Assembly: GCA_040437565.1 (NCBI GenBank)
Contig: JBDOQK010000041.1
Location: forward strand, 62,001 to 126,000
DNA from: Albugo candida
Taxonomy: Eukaryota
Direction of reading: 5' to 3'
DNA length: 64,000 bases
In this document: positions 48,070-61,872 of the stretch, piece by piece
Numbering within the stretch: the first letter of the stretch is position 1
Layout of the letters: every line of letters starts with the position of its first letter
Position numbers and translations under genes: made by a program
The notes under the pieces: model-generated
Seen by the model: the letters and a program-made list of their open reading frames with translations, nothing else
Databases searched by the model: none
What the model was told of the DNA's origin: nothing

Positions 48070-50187
48070 ATGTGGCAACGGATACGGACCACAGACTTTC
48101 GACTGTTTGGAAGAATATGGCGACAACGAGTGCAGTCTGACACGTGTATAGGAGCATTATGGTTACCAACATCACGCTCGATGTATCCTTGCGCTCGCAA
48201 TGTGCGTTATGTAGGAAATTTGATGAGCCAAACGCGGTCAAGCGTACAAATCAATTCGGAAGCATCGATTCAATTGTCCCCATCCGATCGCCAGGAATTA
48301 TTACAGCAATTACGAGCCGTTGAATCAGATAGAATCCCTCACCATNNNNNNNNNNNNNNNNNNNNNNNNNNNNNNNNNNNNNNNNNNNNNNNNNNNNNNN
48401 NNNNNNNNNNNNNNNNNNNNNNNNNNNNNNNNNNNNNNNNNNNNNGGACCATTCCAGATTTAGTATTAATTCTACAAGTACTATTACAATTGGAGAAACA
48501 CACGGTACTATCGCAAGTATTAAATGCATTGTATCCCGGCCCATGCGGAATCGATCCTTTCAATCAAATGCTAGCGATCAATTCGCGCCATGGCAATGTC
48601 AAAGTAGCCCTGAACCTCTACAGTATGATCGAGCATCTCCATATTGAGCCCACTATCGCCACATGTAATATAATCCTCCAAACGTGCGCTCGAGGCCCCA
48701 AAAATGACGTCCACCAAGCCATTGACATGTACCACCACATCCAACGACACCACCACATCGAACCGAACGAGCGAACGTATGCGAATCTCATTTTGGCACA
48801 CATTCGTCTCGATCAATGGCACGAGGTCCATTCCATCCTCAGCAAGCTGTCTTACGCACAGGAGAGAGATATCTATAAGGTGTACGCACTCGCAATCCAA
48901 AATTGCTATCAATTGTGGCAATACGAAGCAGCTTCTCGCTTGTTTTTATTCTCACTGGAAAACCTTAAGAAAATCCCATACAATTCACACGTACTTAACA
49001 CGGCTTTAGCCGCCACTGCCCGATCGCTAGATGCTGGAAAATTGGACGTATTGTATCGAATGCTGGAAAGTAACCAAGAGCCTGACATTTATACCTTCAA
49101 TACGCTCATTTCCGCATATGGAAATGCTGGAAGATTCGATGGCGTATGGGAGATTTTTTGTCGTATGCAAACCAAAATGGAACCTGATGTTGTCACTTTC
49201 AATGCTCTCCTCACTGCGTGCATTCGAAATCACAGAATGGATCGTATTCAAAGCGTACTGCTCACAATGGAAAGCAAAGAAATTGTATGGGATGTCGTCA
49301 CACTTAACATTCTTTTGGAAGCGTGTGCGATGACATGTGATGTTGCTCGAGCGGATGCTCTTTGGAAATCGGCTCAAGAAATCCCACACTTTCGCTTCCA
49401 AAGACGATCGATTGAAGCACTTGCTAAAGTGTACTCTCAAGCAGAAGCATACGATCGACTTTGTGATTTTTGGAAAATGGATATCGCGTCATGTCGTCGA
49501 CATGCAAGAAGCTCAAAAATGCTTAATTTTCTATCGCACGCGTGTTGTCGACGTGCGGATCCTCAGAAAGGGCTTGAAATCCTGCAGGAATTCCAAAAGC
49601 ATGGGCATCGAGTCTCCAGTGTCACTTACAACTACATCCTTGAGGCCTTTTTAGTCGCTGACGAAGCCGCTTCCGCGCTCAAGTTTTTGCATACAAATAT
49701 GGAGCAGGATAAAGTGCATTCCACGATATTGTCATACAGCTTACTGCTTCGGTATTTCACACGAAAGAAGCGATATGATCGTGTCTTGCATACATTCGAC
49801 CGCTTCTTATCCAAACGTCAAACAAAAAAGTATTCTCGTCTCGCGTTGTGGCAATTCCCAGTGGAATCGCTTTATATTCTTGCCGCACGAGCTGCATTCG
49901 CTGAGAAATCTCATGAGAATATCATCCGAATTTTCGAATTATCCGGCAAAGAAGACTTTAGCAAAATCGTACAGAGTGAGCTCGCAACACTTGTAATGGC
50001 TTCTTGTGATCAAATTGACGATTGGAAGACAGCTGTGAGTCTATACGATCACTTATTGGATGCATTAGACTCGACCGCGAATGTGAAGATGTATGACCAA
50101 GTCGTGAAGATCGTCGCAAGAGTGGGGGAATTCGAGCAAGCCCTGAATTTCAATGGAGGTGAATGGTATCGTTCTTCCCGCGAATAG
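48070..50187 (+). CDS. Pentatricopeptide repeat protein, tandem paralog, spans a gap
   Basis: EPDIYTFNTLISAYGNAG, EPDVVTFNALLTAC and WDVVTLNILLEAC. Shares the C-terminal LNxNGGxWYRS with the upstream gene. Confidence 0.9.
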   Translation: MWQRIRTTDFRLFGRIWRQRVQSDTCIGALWLPTSRSMYPCARNVRYVGNLMSQTRSSVQINSEASIQLSPSDRQELLQQLRAVESDRIPHHXXXXXXXXXXXXXXXXXXXXXXXXXXXXXXXXXXTIPDLVLILQVLLQLEKHTVLSQVLNALYPGPCGIDPFNQMLAINSRHGNVKVALNLYSMIEHLHIEPTIATCNIILQTCARGPKNDVHQAIDMYHHIQRHHHIEPNERTYANLILAHIRLDQWHEVHSILSKLSYAQERDIYKVYALAIQNCYQLWQYEAASRLFLFSLENLKKIPYNSHVLNTALAATARSLDAGKLDVLYRMLESNQEPDIYTFNTLISAYGNAGRFDGVWEIFCRMQTKMEPDVVTFNALLTACIRNHRMDRIQSVLLTMESKEIVWDVVTLNILLEACAMTCDVARADALWKSAQEIPHFRFQRRSIEALAKVYSQAEAYDRLCDFWKMDIASCRRHARSSKMLNFLSHACCRRADPQKGLEILQEFQKHGHRVSSVTYNYILEAFLVADEAASALKFLHTNMEQDKVHSTILSYSLLLRYFTRKKRYDRVLHTFDRFLSKRQTKKYSRLALWQFPVESLYILAARAAFAEKSHENIIRIFELSGKEDFSKIVQSELATLVMASCDQIDDWKTAVSLYDHLLDALDSTANVKMYDQVVKIVARVGEFEQALNFNGGEWYRSSRE

Positions 50188-50203
50188 CAATTGGATGTAT
50201 TGG

Positions 50204-51695
50204 TTACTTTCTACAAGACTGAAGATCATTCCATCCATTTGATAGATCCAAGTAAAAGCTTCCGAGAGGGAAGCGGTCCAGGCGAAGGTACCAGCAGTAC
50301 CATTTTCTTCTCCTCCATGTGAATTTCTCGGCTACAAAGGGCTCGTATGAGAGTTTTTCATGATGAGTATCGTTACGTACATGCATACAAAACCAGCGGC
50401 TGGAGTGTCCAAAAGCATCGTATGATCACATTGACTCTCTTGTGCTTCAGGCTGTTGTGCAGGCTCATGACATACTGCGGCGATGGAGTTTAAGAGTTTG
50501 ATTGATTTTTCAATGGGAACAACTTGAAGACGCTGGAATTCCGCTTCTGTCTGCCCGACTGGGAGCATCACGTCAGAGACTTTGAATTCTACACTTTTGA
50601 AAATCAGAACTATGACTCATTCAAAGCGAGAAATATGACAAGTGCCTTGGATCGCAAACAAGTCCAAATCATCGAAGGAATAGTGATTGACACACGGCGC
50701 CAATTGTGTGATTGCATTAAAGAGACAAATCCGACCGTAGAAATACTCTCGGATTTCATTCATCCGTTTTGCAGCACGCTGTTTGACATTGAATGGAACC
50801 ACTCCACCGGATCGAACGAGCTTAATGATAGAAATGGAAGACGATGCGATTTCCTGAGACGACTGAAGTCGACTGAATAGTCGATCTTGGCCAATGACAA
50901 CGATGACATCGACTTGGAACACTTCGATTGCGAGCAGGAGGAGGTCGTACCCTGGTCCATCGATCCAATTACTTGTGTCGATAATGAGGCCGCTAGCATC
51001 GGCTTTGGAGTCATTTGCTAAGCGCTGCTTCACTGCAGCTGCAAGCTGGTTCACATGATGACGGTACAGCTCTGGATTGTCGGCGATCAGAGCATGAGCA
51101 TGCCAATAGCTCAAACAGCTGGTTAGGATGAATGATTCCTACGAATTAAGAGGCTTTCATGATAGATCCGAATATAAACTCAATTTATGTGCAATACTTC
51201 GACTGAGAGACAATTAATGTCCAATGGAGTTGCAGCGATGGTACCGGGAATGCTTAACCATCCTTGACTGGGATCTAAATCCACTAAAGTAGGATTCTCA
51301 TCGAGTCGTAAGGCGTAATTGATCAGGATCTGTGTTAATGTGGATTTCCCGCTATCGGCGGGCCCTGTGACGAGCACGCGAGGTCCGTGGGCGTCGGGGG
51401 TCACCCTGGCAAGCTCTCTTCGCTTCTGTAGCTGCGCATGGAGATTGATATAGCTGTTCATCGGCGTTTCGTCGGAGGTATACGCAACATCGGCCACGCC
51501 TTGTGTTTCTAGTGTACACCCGTACCAAGTATACACCGCTACTTTCTGATCTTGAAATGTATACTCATTGTCGATGGCTAATTCTACACCGAAAATCTCT
51601 GCGGAACCGCTTTTTAGTTTAAGCGTAAGCTTTTCATTCGACGCGACTTCGAAACGATATTCACATTCGCGTGCTATTTCGACGATCGATGTCAT
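50204..51695 (-). CDS. CLP1: CLP1 polynucleotide 5'-kinase / mRNA 3'-processing factor, multi-exon
   Basis: EYRFEV...GSAEIFGVEL, AVYTWYGC, P-loop GPADSGKST, VDLDPSQG, GLIIDTSNW, RSGGVV, IREYFYG. Confidence 0.93.
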
Positions 51696-51754
51696 TGCCA
51701 GCGGAACAAGTGGGTGGGTTTGCTTTTAATGAACCCGGGTTGAGCCCAGTTTTT

Positions 51755-53228
51755 ATGACTCGAGAATGCATAAAAAGCTGCCGGTGGTGGCAAAATGCAG
51801 CCGTTCGACGTCGTGAGGCGCTACAAAAGCAGCGCCAGGTGCAGCGTGAGCTCACAAACCACGCGCGACGACTTGCTTTGGGATTTGGTGAAGACGAAGA
51901 TGGTGAAAGTATGCAAATTGATATGACGCGGGATTTAAAAATCAAGAGGAAGAAAAAAACAAGAGAAGAACGTGTACGAGCTAGAAAAGAGTATTATTCC
52001 AGACAATTTATGATTCCGGAATGGATGATCGAGATCCCTACTGATCTTGATGGAAAAGGAAGCACGACCGGGGAAGGATGGTACGTTTTGCCACGACCAG
52101 AGGGTAAACGCTGTCTTGTGATCGCCAACAAGTACGACCAAAATATAGTGATATTGAAATCTATAATTTGACTTTATATTATAGTGGCGTTACTGTTGCA
52201 CGTAAAACAAACGGTAGTACATTGCAAAAATTTCCATCGGGGCTACCGAATGGATCAAAAAAAACTTCCAGTCATTCCGAAGGCTATTGCATTTTGGACT
52301 GTATTTATCAGAGTAATGCTGACGATCAAGGCGTATTTTATGTGCTCGATGTTATGTGCTGGAAGGTCACATTCGTATTTTATTTCAACCGTTGCCCAAA
52401 GTGTAACACTGAAACTCTAGGGATATCTGTTGTACAATTGCACTACAGAGTTTCGCCTTTATTGGCTGCGAGAAAAACTGACCGAAGGAAATGCTGCGAT
52501 CCGAACACCTGCGAATCCGTACCCGTTTTTGGTACGAGTAGTCATTCTACTTTGTATTGCGAATTTAATGATTTCGCGTGCAAATTTAGCCGATACCGTG
52601 TTTTGAGTGCGATATCGGAGGACTCGAAAAGGCTTACAAAACCTCATTTCAGTACATCAAGTACATAGCAGTAGAGTACATACGACCACTTGATACTCAC
52701 CCGGTGTTTCGATAGAGATGGACTCCTCTTCATGATGAAAGCCGCACACTACGAATTGGGATTATCACCTTGTTCTACAGTATGGAAAGATACTCATACA
52801 AGTCGATTTCTAGTGTTTACAGAAAAACCGATCATCGTTTTGGCACTAAATAATCAACGACAGTGTGCGACTTTGGAGGGTATCGTTCTGTACACTATTG
52901 AGGATGCAGATGTTTTAGCACAATATGAGGTACACAACAGTAATGCGTACGGAGTTTCGTTGCTGACTCCGTTATCATCTAGTTGAGGGAAGGAGACCTG
53001 GTGCAATTCTCGTTCGAGCACAATGTATACACACCCGATCAATCTCCGTCTTTAAGTGGGATGCAATTTATGAGACGATGCTCTCCTCAGCGTGCTTTGC
53101 CAGATAGCTGGACAAAAGTGGTGTTTCAATACAACGCACGATTCGGAGGGGTCTCCATCGACGATATCGTCAAGACAATCACATCCTCTGGCAATATGAC
53201 AGACGAATCTCATGACATCAGTTCCTAA
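51755..53228 (+). CDS. SNUPN: Snurportin-1 (m3G-cap import adaptor), multi-exon; alternative ATG at 51689
   Basis: IBB-like RRREALQKQRQVQRELTNHARRLA, QFMIPEWMIEIP, RPEGKRCLV, ILDCIY, YVLDVMCWKG, EFRLYW, DGLLF...HYELG. Confidence 0.9.
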
Positions 53229-53326
53229 TCCTCTCACTCAGACAGGCGAACAAACTTTTGTGTGACAATTATGTAAATCAATTCTTTTACTAATTGGTCG
53301 CTTGATACACAACCAAATTTCACCGA

Positions 53327-54945
<1,619 letters not shown>

Positions 54946-55508
54946 ACTTTTTCAAGGAAGAATGTTTATCAGGGTATCATAGGATAGTGATCTTAAGTTA
55001 TTGTTATAGAAAGCGATATATGGACGGATGATTTACCGGCCGGCCGACCTGAGATGCACAGTGAAACTATATAGAAGGCAAGACGACCATCCAGGCAGCC
55101 GTTTCAAGGCGATTGAATGTGGTGGGAAGGTCGTAAGAAAGTCAGTGGGTAGAGGCAGTCCCCATTCCTGGCAAGTGTGATATTCTTGCATGTTCTTTCA
55201 CGGACCAACTCGACATGTAATAGGTTGATATTCGGCTTATTCGATTCCTTCGCTTTTTAATAATCTCGCATGCTCAGATCCGTAGAACGACCAACTTAAG
55301 ACGAGACGAATAGATCATCTTGCAAATCAAACATATAATCGTTCTAGTGATTGCAAGTATTTGGAACCGTGTATTGTCGGTTTCGTACATCATTCCATAC
55401 GGTGTGAGGATATAAAGTCACAGAGGCACTTGATTCCATAGCTCCACAGCACTTCGAATAGCTCACTTACAATTAATCAGAAATTAGAAGAACACGATAC
55501 TGAATCCT

Positions 55509-57394
55509 ATGATCGATTCTCCCAATCTTAATATTGACAGAAAACTTATGAGCTCAAGCGTTTTGAAGACGAAGGCCGCAATTACACAAATTACCGATTT
55601 AGAGCCAACCACAAGGGAATCTAATAAGAATCGCGCGATCAGTCACAACCCGACTCAAATGGATACAACATCCGATTTCACAAATCTCGATGCTGTTCAG
55701 GGCAACTATCTGCATCGAGAAATGTTTACCTCTTGGCTTTTATACAATACTAAAAACGGAAGTACGACACAACCAAATCCTCCAGTCACTCCCGAATCGA
55801 GTTTTCACAGTGAACATCCTACTAGTATTTCTGTCACCTCAAACTCTTCTTCTTCTTCATGTCCCTCAACGCTCACCACATTGACGAAAACAAAACTGCA
55901 CTCTCATACTGACGCATTTGATATAAACGAACTTACCAACTTTACAGCGACTCTGGAGGACGATCCTTTTCACCTCTTAGAAAATCACGAACAACAGGCA
56001 ATTTCCCTAGCACTCGGTCTGGATACCGATATCTCCATAAGTGACTCCTCACAATCCGTCCACACGACCATCTCGGAAACGTCTTCAACATCATCTGCTT
56101 CACAGAATCCTGCCACTGGTTCTGAACTCAAACTCGCATCCGAACATACCGATAATACCACTCAAGCTCTAGTATCCTCGATATCCGTTGAGGCTTCAAT
56201 AGCTACAGCAACATCCTCAATATTTCCGGGTCCCTCGTTCACTTCATCCGAGGGAATACCATCGGAATCCACAGAGTCCAATAGTAATCGTAGCGATAAA
56301 CAGTTCAAAACGTCTCGAAAGAAAGGAAAACGAAGAATTAGCAGTAAACCGAATGAAGATGAGTTGGAAACGACGTCAAGTGATTCGCCTAAAACAAAAA
56401 AACGGAGGAAAAGTACAGAAGCGATCGATTTACATCACGGCTTATCGTCGACTCAGTCAGGCTTATTGCGTCACTTGGAAAGCGCGAATTCGGCTCTGAT
56501 GCGCAATGAAGCGACTATGAACGAAAAATGCGGAAAAACAGATAGCGATGGCGCAGATCCGATAGTACAAAATCTTATTCGCAAGCAAAAACTGGAACGC
56601 AACCGAGAATCAGCTCGCGAGTGTCGACGACGCAAACGAGAGCATATTCTTGGCGTCGAAAAACGTTGTCGACAATTAGAACGAGAAAATATGGAATTAC
56701 GAAGTCAATTGCATGCTGGAAAAGAAGCAATGAAACAGGAAGAACGCGAAAAGAATCGCGTCTGTGAAGAACTAGAGAAAATGATACAACGTGGCGCATC
56801 CGAGAAGGAGCTTGCCGAGAAAATCGATAATTTCAAGGAACAGTACTCCGACTACGGTCATGGACGTCGTTCGGCTTTACGATATCACTTGCATCAAATT
56901 GAGCGCTTATTGTTACCGACTCAAGTCACAAAGATGTGCATTTGGGCACTTCGTCAAGATGATTCTTTCTGGCAGGACGAAGAAGACGAAACTAGTTTAC
57001 CAGTTATTCTCGCCAAAGAGCTCGGACTCACTGATGATCAGAAGAATAGAATACAGCAGCAGAGGTACGAATATCACGTTTTAAGTATACGCGCTTAAAT
57101 GACATTTATGATACGGATACAGAGGATCGATCTCTACAATCTGTGAGAATCTCAAACGCGCGTTGGCATTGCTGGAAGATTTGAAAAAGCAAATTGAGAC
57201 GAAAAACTCGACTTTGGATCACGAAATGGATAATTTACAGAATATTCTCACTCCTACACAACGCGCAAAGGTATCGAAATGATTCATTGGATGACATTGT
57301 TTTCTGACTCGCTGCTTGATAGTTTATTGTATGGGTTACAAACAACCCAGCGTGTATGCATTTGCTAAATAAGCTCTGGCGAACTGTGCTGTAG
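55509..57394 (+). CDS. bZIP transcription factor, 3 exons
   Basis: Ser/Thr-rich N-terminus, basic region KLERNRESARECRRRKR, zipper, and conserved C-terminal region LLPTQVTKMCIW...ILTPTQRAKFIVWV. Confidence 0.88.
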
Positions 57395-57483
57395 CAACCA
57401 GCGAATGATTTTATTGACGAACAATATGATGACGTCTTTGTGGAGTTTCCCCACCTTCTATTCTCAATTTCCATCGCATCTGA

Positions 57484-59623
57484 TCATTGCAAGAGATTGC
57501 GACGTGCACGTTTCATATGATCTCCCCATTGACCCCCTTGGGCCGAAGTTAATCGATACACCAATTCTTCTTCGGTAATCGCTTCAGCCAAATTCACCAG
57601 CGTCCCGAGAACTGTCTGTATGTAATTCGCGCAGTTCTTATCCGGACGTGGACATTTATAATTCCAAAGCCCTTTTTCCGGATTGAAGCCTATTTCCACG
57701 ATACAAATACGACGTTGTGCATTTTGGATCACTTTTTGTACCGCTGGGACATCTTTTGGATCCAGTATGATAACTGCATCCAAATCAATTCGTGTGTTAT
57801 CGGGACCTCCACAGCTTAGTGAGACTCGATTCGTTTCGGTGTGTACGCTCACAGCCACATCGATTGTGATCAAATCCGCCCATTTCCACTTGAGGTACTC
57901 TTTGTGTGTGTTGGAAACATACGGCGTATTGGGACAGAAAATAATTCCATCGGTGAAATGAACTCGTTTCTCATCGTCGTAGATTCTAGCCACGCTATGA
58001 TCTCTTTTCTGCACTCGCTGAATCTGCCGCAAGACGTCCGCGAGATGTCGTAATGGAACCCATCGCTTTTTCAAAATCGTTAAAATTGCGTGTCGACTGA
58101 TTCCGTGCTCTCGCATACCTGCCGCATACGGGCCACTATGGAGACAAAAAACGTGACATGTAAGCGCATTGGAAGATGGAAGCGAAACTTACTTTTCAGA
58201 CAGAAAATCATTCAAAATTTGCAGTCGTTCCGTAAACGTTTTGCTGACATGAGAGTCATTTTCTGTGGGTCCGGTGGCAATGATATCAAAAGCCATAAAA
58301 ACATAACGCTTTTCTTTTTGATGAAACTTTCACAAAAGTGTACAATCAAATAAAAATCGTCGAGTCATGTGGACGTACCACAAATTCCCCGTCGAGAACG
58401 GTTCCTTCTGGAAGAACGAGTTTGAGTTGATCGATTCCGCATGTCGTATAGGCCGCATTCGATCGGTCTACTAGCACTGTGGATCCTCCAGCCACAACGA
58501 GAAAATAACGCACGCCGTCGGTTTTCTCGGAAACGTGGTACTCTCCTTTCTTAACGAACGGAATGTGCCATCGAGCAAAACCGACTGGCATCGTGCCGTT
58601 GAATCGATTTCGATTTCCACCAAGTCGTTTACTATACGCATTCTGCAACTCGGATGCTGCCAAGGAATCCCAACTCGTTTTATATGCTTGACCAACATGC
58701 GGCATGAAAAATCGTACCCATTTCCACAGGATCGAAGCATGATTGATCGCTTTGTTCAAACTCCTGTCCCCGTCATCACTCTGTTGCAGCCATTCTTGTG
58801 TCAATGCATTCGTCAGTTCTAATTCTACTTCGTGTATTTTTTTCTTCTGACCAAATTCCACCGACACTTCAGTCATATCCATGTGGATGTCTTTTCCAAT
58901 CGCTGAGGTTCGATCTCTCAATCGTAAATTCTCCGCGTCTTGTTTCAAAGCTTCCTCGTTTTCCACTGTTTTGAGTGCACCTTCACACGCGACCGAAATA
59001 CGACAATCATACGAGCAATGCGGTAGGAAAATATTAAGTGATCCAAGACGCTTCTTTTCCTGCAAATGACTCGGTTTTGGACCATCTTTGTGATCATAAC
59101 TTATCAGCCGTTTACCATCAGATATCTCATAAACTGTGCTTTTCTCTGTGCGTTCCAAAAACTCGCCACTTTTGCATAAATGGCTTAACCCTTTGAGAAA
59201 TACGGGAAATTCTTGTGCGTGGACGCCAGATACGAATTTAGCGCCATATTTTCGCATTTGTTCTTCCGTAAGAACGATCGATGCGCCAACATTTTCTTGT
59301 GAAGGAAGACATCGCAACTCGGTTAAATACGAAGTGATTTTTCCAAAGCGTAATTCAATCTCAATTTCTGTGTCAAAACTCTGCTGATCGATTCTATCAC
59401 GAAACGACTGCAAAAAGTCTGCGATAGCGATATCGGGAGCTTTTGAATTGTTGTCAATAGGAATGCATTGACGACGTCCAGCCGTGATTTCAGCCAGTTT
59501 CGTTTCTGCCTTGCTTGCAGAGAAGGCAGAACTATTTGTTTTTTCCAGCGAGGAGACCACATGGTTCAAATCCACGCACTGACGCTTGCCACTCGATATG
59601 TTTTCATGAGAACGCGCAAGCAT
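57484..59623 (-). CDS. Bifunctional mRNA capping enzyme: TTM/CYTH RNA triphosphatase fused to guanylyltransferase, multi-exon
   Basis: TTM motifs EIEIELRFG, YDCRISVACE and HEVELEL. GTase motifs I KTDG, III LDGEFV, IIIa FMAFDII, IV TDGIIF, V LKWK and VI PRPDK. Confidence 0.88.
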
Positions 59624-59657
59624 TGGTTAAGGGGTGGAATTGAATGAGGTACGGTAC

Positions 59658-61757
59658 ATGGATGGGATGACGGCAATACAATGCAGCGACTTTGGAGCTT
59701 GTTTAGAGCGGGTGATGCAGCTTGAGATCAATGAAGCCATCAATGAGATAGATAGAGTATCGAATGAGCATGTAGTATCTGGTGGAGGTACTTTAGAGGA
59801 ATATCAAATGATTGCAAAGGCATATTCCGAGTTGAGAGAATTTAATAGAGCCATTACTTGGTACAAAAAAGGTGGACATCGCCTCTAAAGTTTGACGCCT
59901 TTTACTCACAGGAAACCAACGATGTAGGTCTAGAACGGTATCCAAACGATCTACAATTGACGAATGGATTACAGAATGCGCGATTGCTCGTGCTGGAGAA
60001 TTTGGAAAGCGATAGCGACCCAGAGTCTGAATCGATAGACGACAGAAGAATGGAGACGACTCAGACGATCACAACTAGCAACTCGCGAGAACTGACGTTA
60101 CATCCGTTTGATGGTCCTTCTGATTCTCAATGTACGGAGCCCACAGTCATCTCCAAGATAATGAATCATATCAAGTGTATACGATTATTCCATCTGATTG
60201 TATACTATACACTATTGGAATTACTCAATTTATGGCAGTTCACAATTGGTGCGAGTTTCATTGCGATGGGTGCAGGCATCCACGTGATACTTCGAAGTTA
60301 TTCGATGATGATGATCTCCATCGTTGCGGTTTGTGTCGCTCATTCTCGATTGAGAAAATTTGCATCTGTTTATGTGTATACCTGGCTCAAAAGCTCGGAT
60401 GACAAACTAGGGATTATCGATTGGATTCCAAACATTTCAATTTCTCTTCCGCTCATCTTAAAAATCGTGGGTCAGATCAAATTTCAATTGTTCCTTCATC
60501 AAAATTGGTGTTTGGAAATGTTTGTGACGATATTGACCGGATTATTTTTGTACTTTTCGAGACGATCGGATAGCTGGGAACATGTTGTACGAGGCAAAGG
60601 GCTTAGAGTAATTGCGTATATCGTGACTCTGTTATATTGGGGTGCATGGTGCGGGCACTGGAAGAGCTGCATTCATTTGCTTGGAACAGCTCTTGTTGAG
60701 ACAGGAAGCGTTGTTCTCAACTCTTTGAACACAAACTCGGTACTAAGTGTGACAAAACGTGCGTGGCAACGAGTTTGGGATGACGTCTACGAGAAAATGT
60801 CAGGAAATATTGATTTCGACGTATACTTTTTGATGGGATTATCGCAATGTATAATGGAATTCTGGCAAACACCAACCACATTTTCACTCGACATGCTGCA
60901 AACAATGCTACAAAACTCAGTAGCGACCATGGAAACTTCAGCTGTGAATCTCTTTCGACCCGAAATACAACGACTCAAAGATCAGATTGGTGACATACAA
61001 TCAAACTCGGACGATTTATTTTTTTTGACTCAATATCTCAAGCAGAAAGTAAAAACAATGCCACCTTCCAAGTGGCTGGCAGTGTTAGGTAAGAGAAAAA
61101 TGCTTGTGTCAGTAATGAATCTCGATTCGAAACTTGATTTTCATAGGCTTGGTGGCACGTCGCTGCCCTTCGTATTTGGTGTTGTTCTGGTTGATCACAT
61201 TTCAAGGCATCCTACCGATTGCATTAGCACCATTTCTTTTTGTGGAATGGCCGCATGCAAACGACACATTTACCAAATACCAAGACAATTTGCTTTTCGC
61301 TTTGGATGGATATGAAATTCTACTAATGGAGTCACCTCTCTTGGCAATATGGTCCAAATACAAATCCGCGATAAACGCACTGGAAACTAGTCTTACCTTC
61401 TCAAAAGCAGCCCAGACTGGAACAAAACTAATACAAAGTACATATCGAATCGGGTACATTGTATTTGCATGATGTCGGCGTCCTACTCACACTTGTGCGA
61501 CAGAAAACTGGTGCAATTCGCCAAGGAATGGCACCAGCAAGGTTTCGTATCTGTTGATAAATTACCGGACCACCTTACGAGTATTTTTCTTTTGGCAAAA
61601 GAGTCAATGTAAGTTCTTTGTCAAATGCGGTCATCTGCTTATCTGACGTTCTTATGAAAGAGTACTTCGAGAGAGTTTGCAGTCGTTATCACTGAGCACG
61701 CAAATACAACAAGCAAAGGAGTATATGAGCCGATGGTGGTCCGGCACGAGCGAGTAG
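59658..61757 (+). CDS. Multi-pass membrane protein with an N-terminal TPR-like repeat, multi-exon
   Basis: AKAYSELREFNRAITWYKKG/LERYPNDLQLTNGL resembles a TPR. A long ORF with many hydrophobic helices and GT-AG introns follows. Confidence 0.6.
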
Positions 61758-61872
61758 GAAATATAGGAAAGTATAGCTCTATTGGCAAACAAATATTTAT
61801 AATGAACTCTACACATAAGCAAAAGTAAGCATTGATGCGTCTATGATAGATGTAGCCCCATCGCGTTGGAAT

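Noticed and set aside
56575-56640. Atypical oomycete Cys-type bZIP
   Set aside because: The invariant Asn (RNRESA) is retained; the Cys in RECRRRK is at the common AP-1/CREB position.
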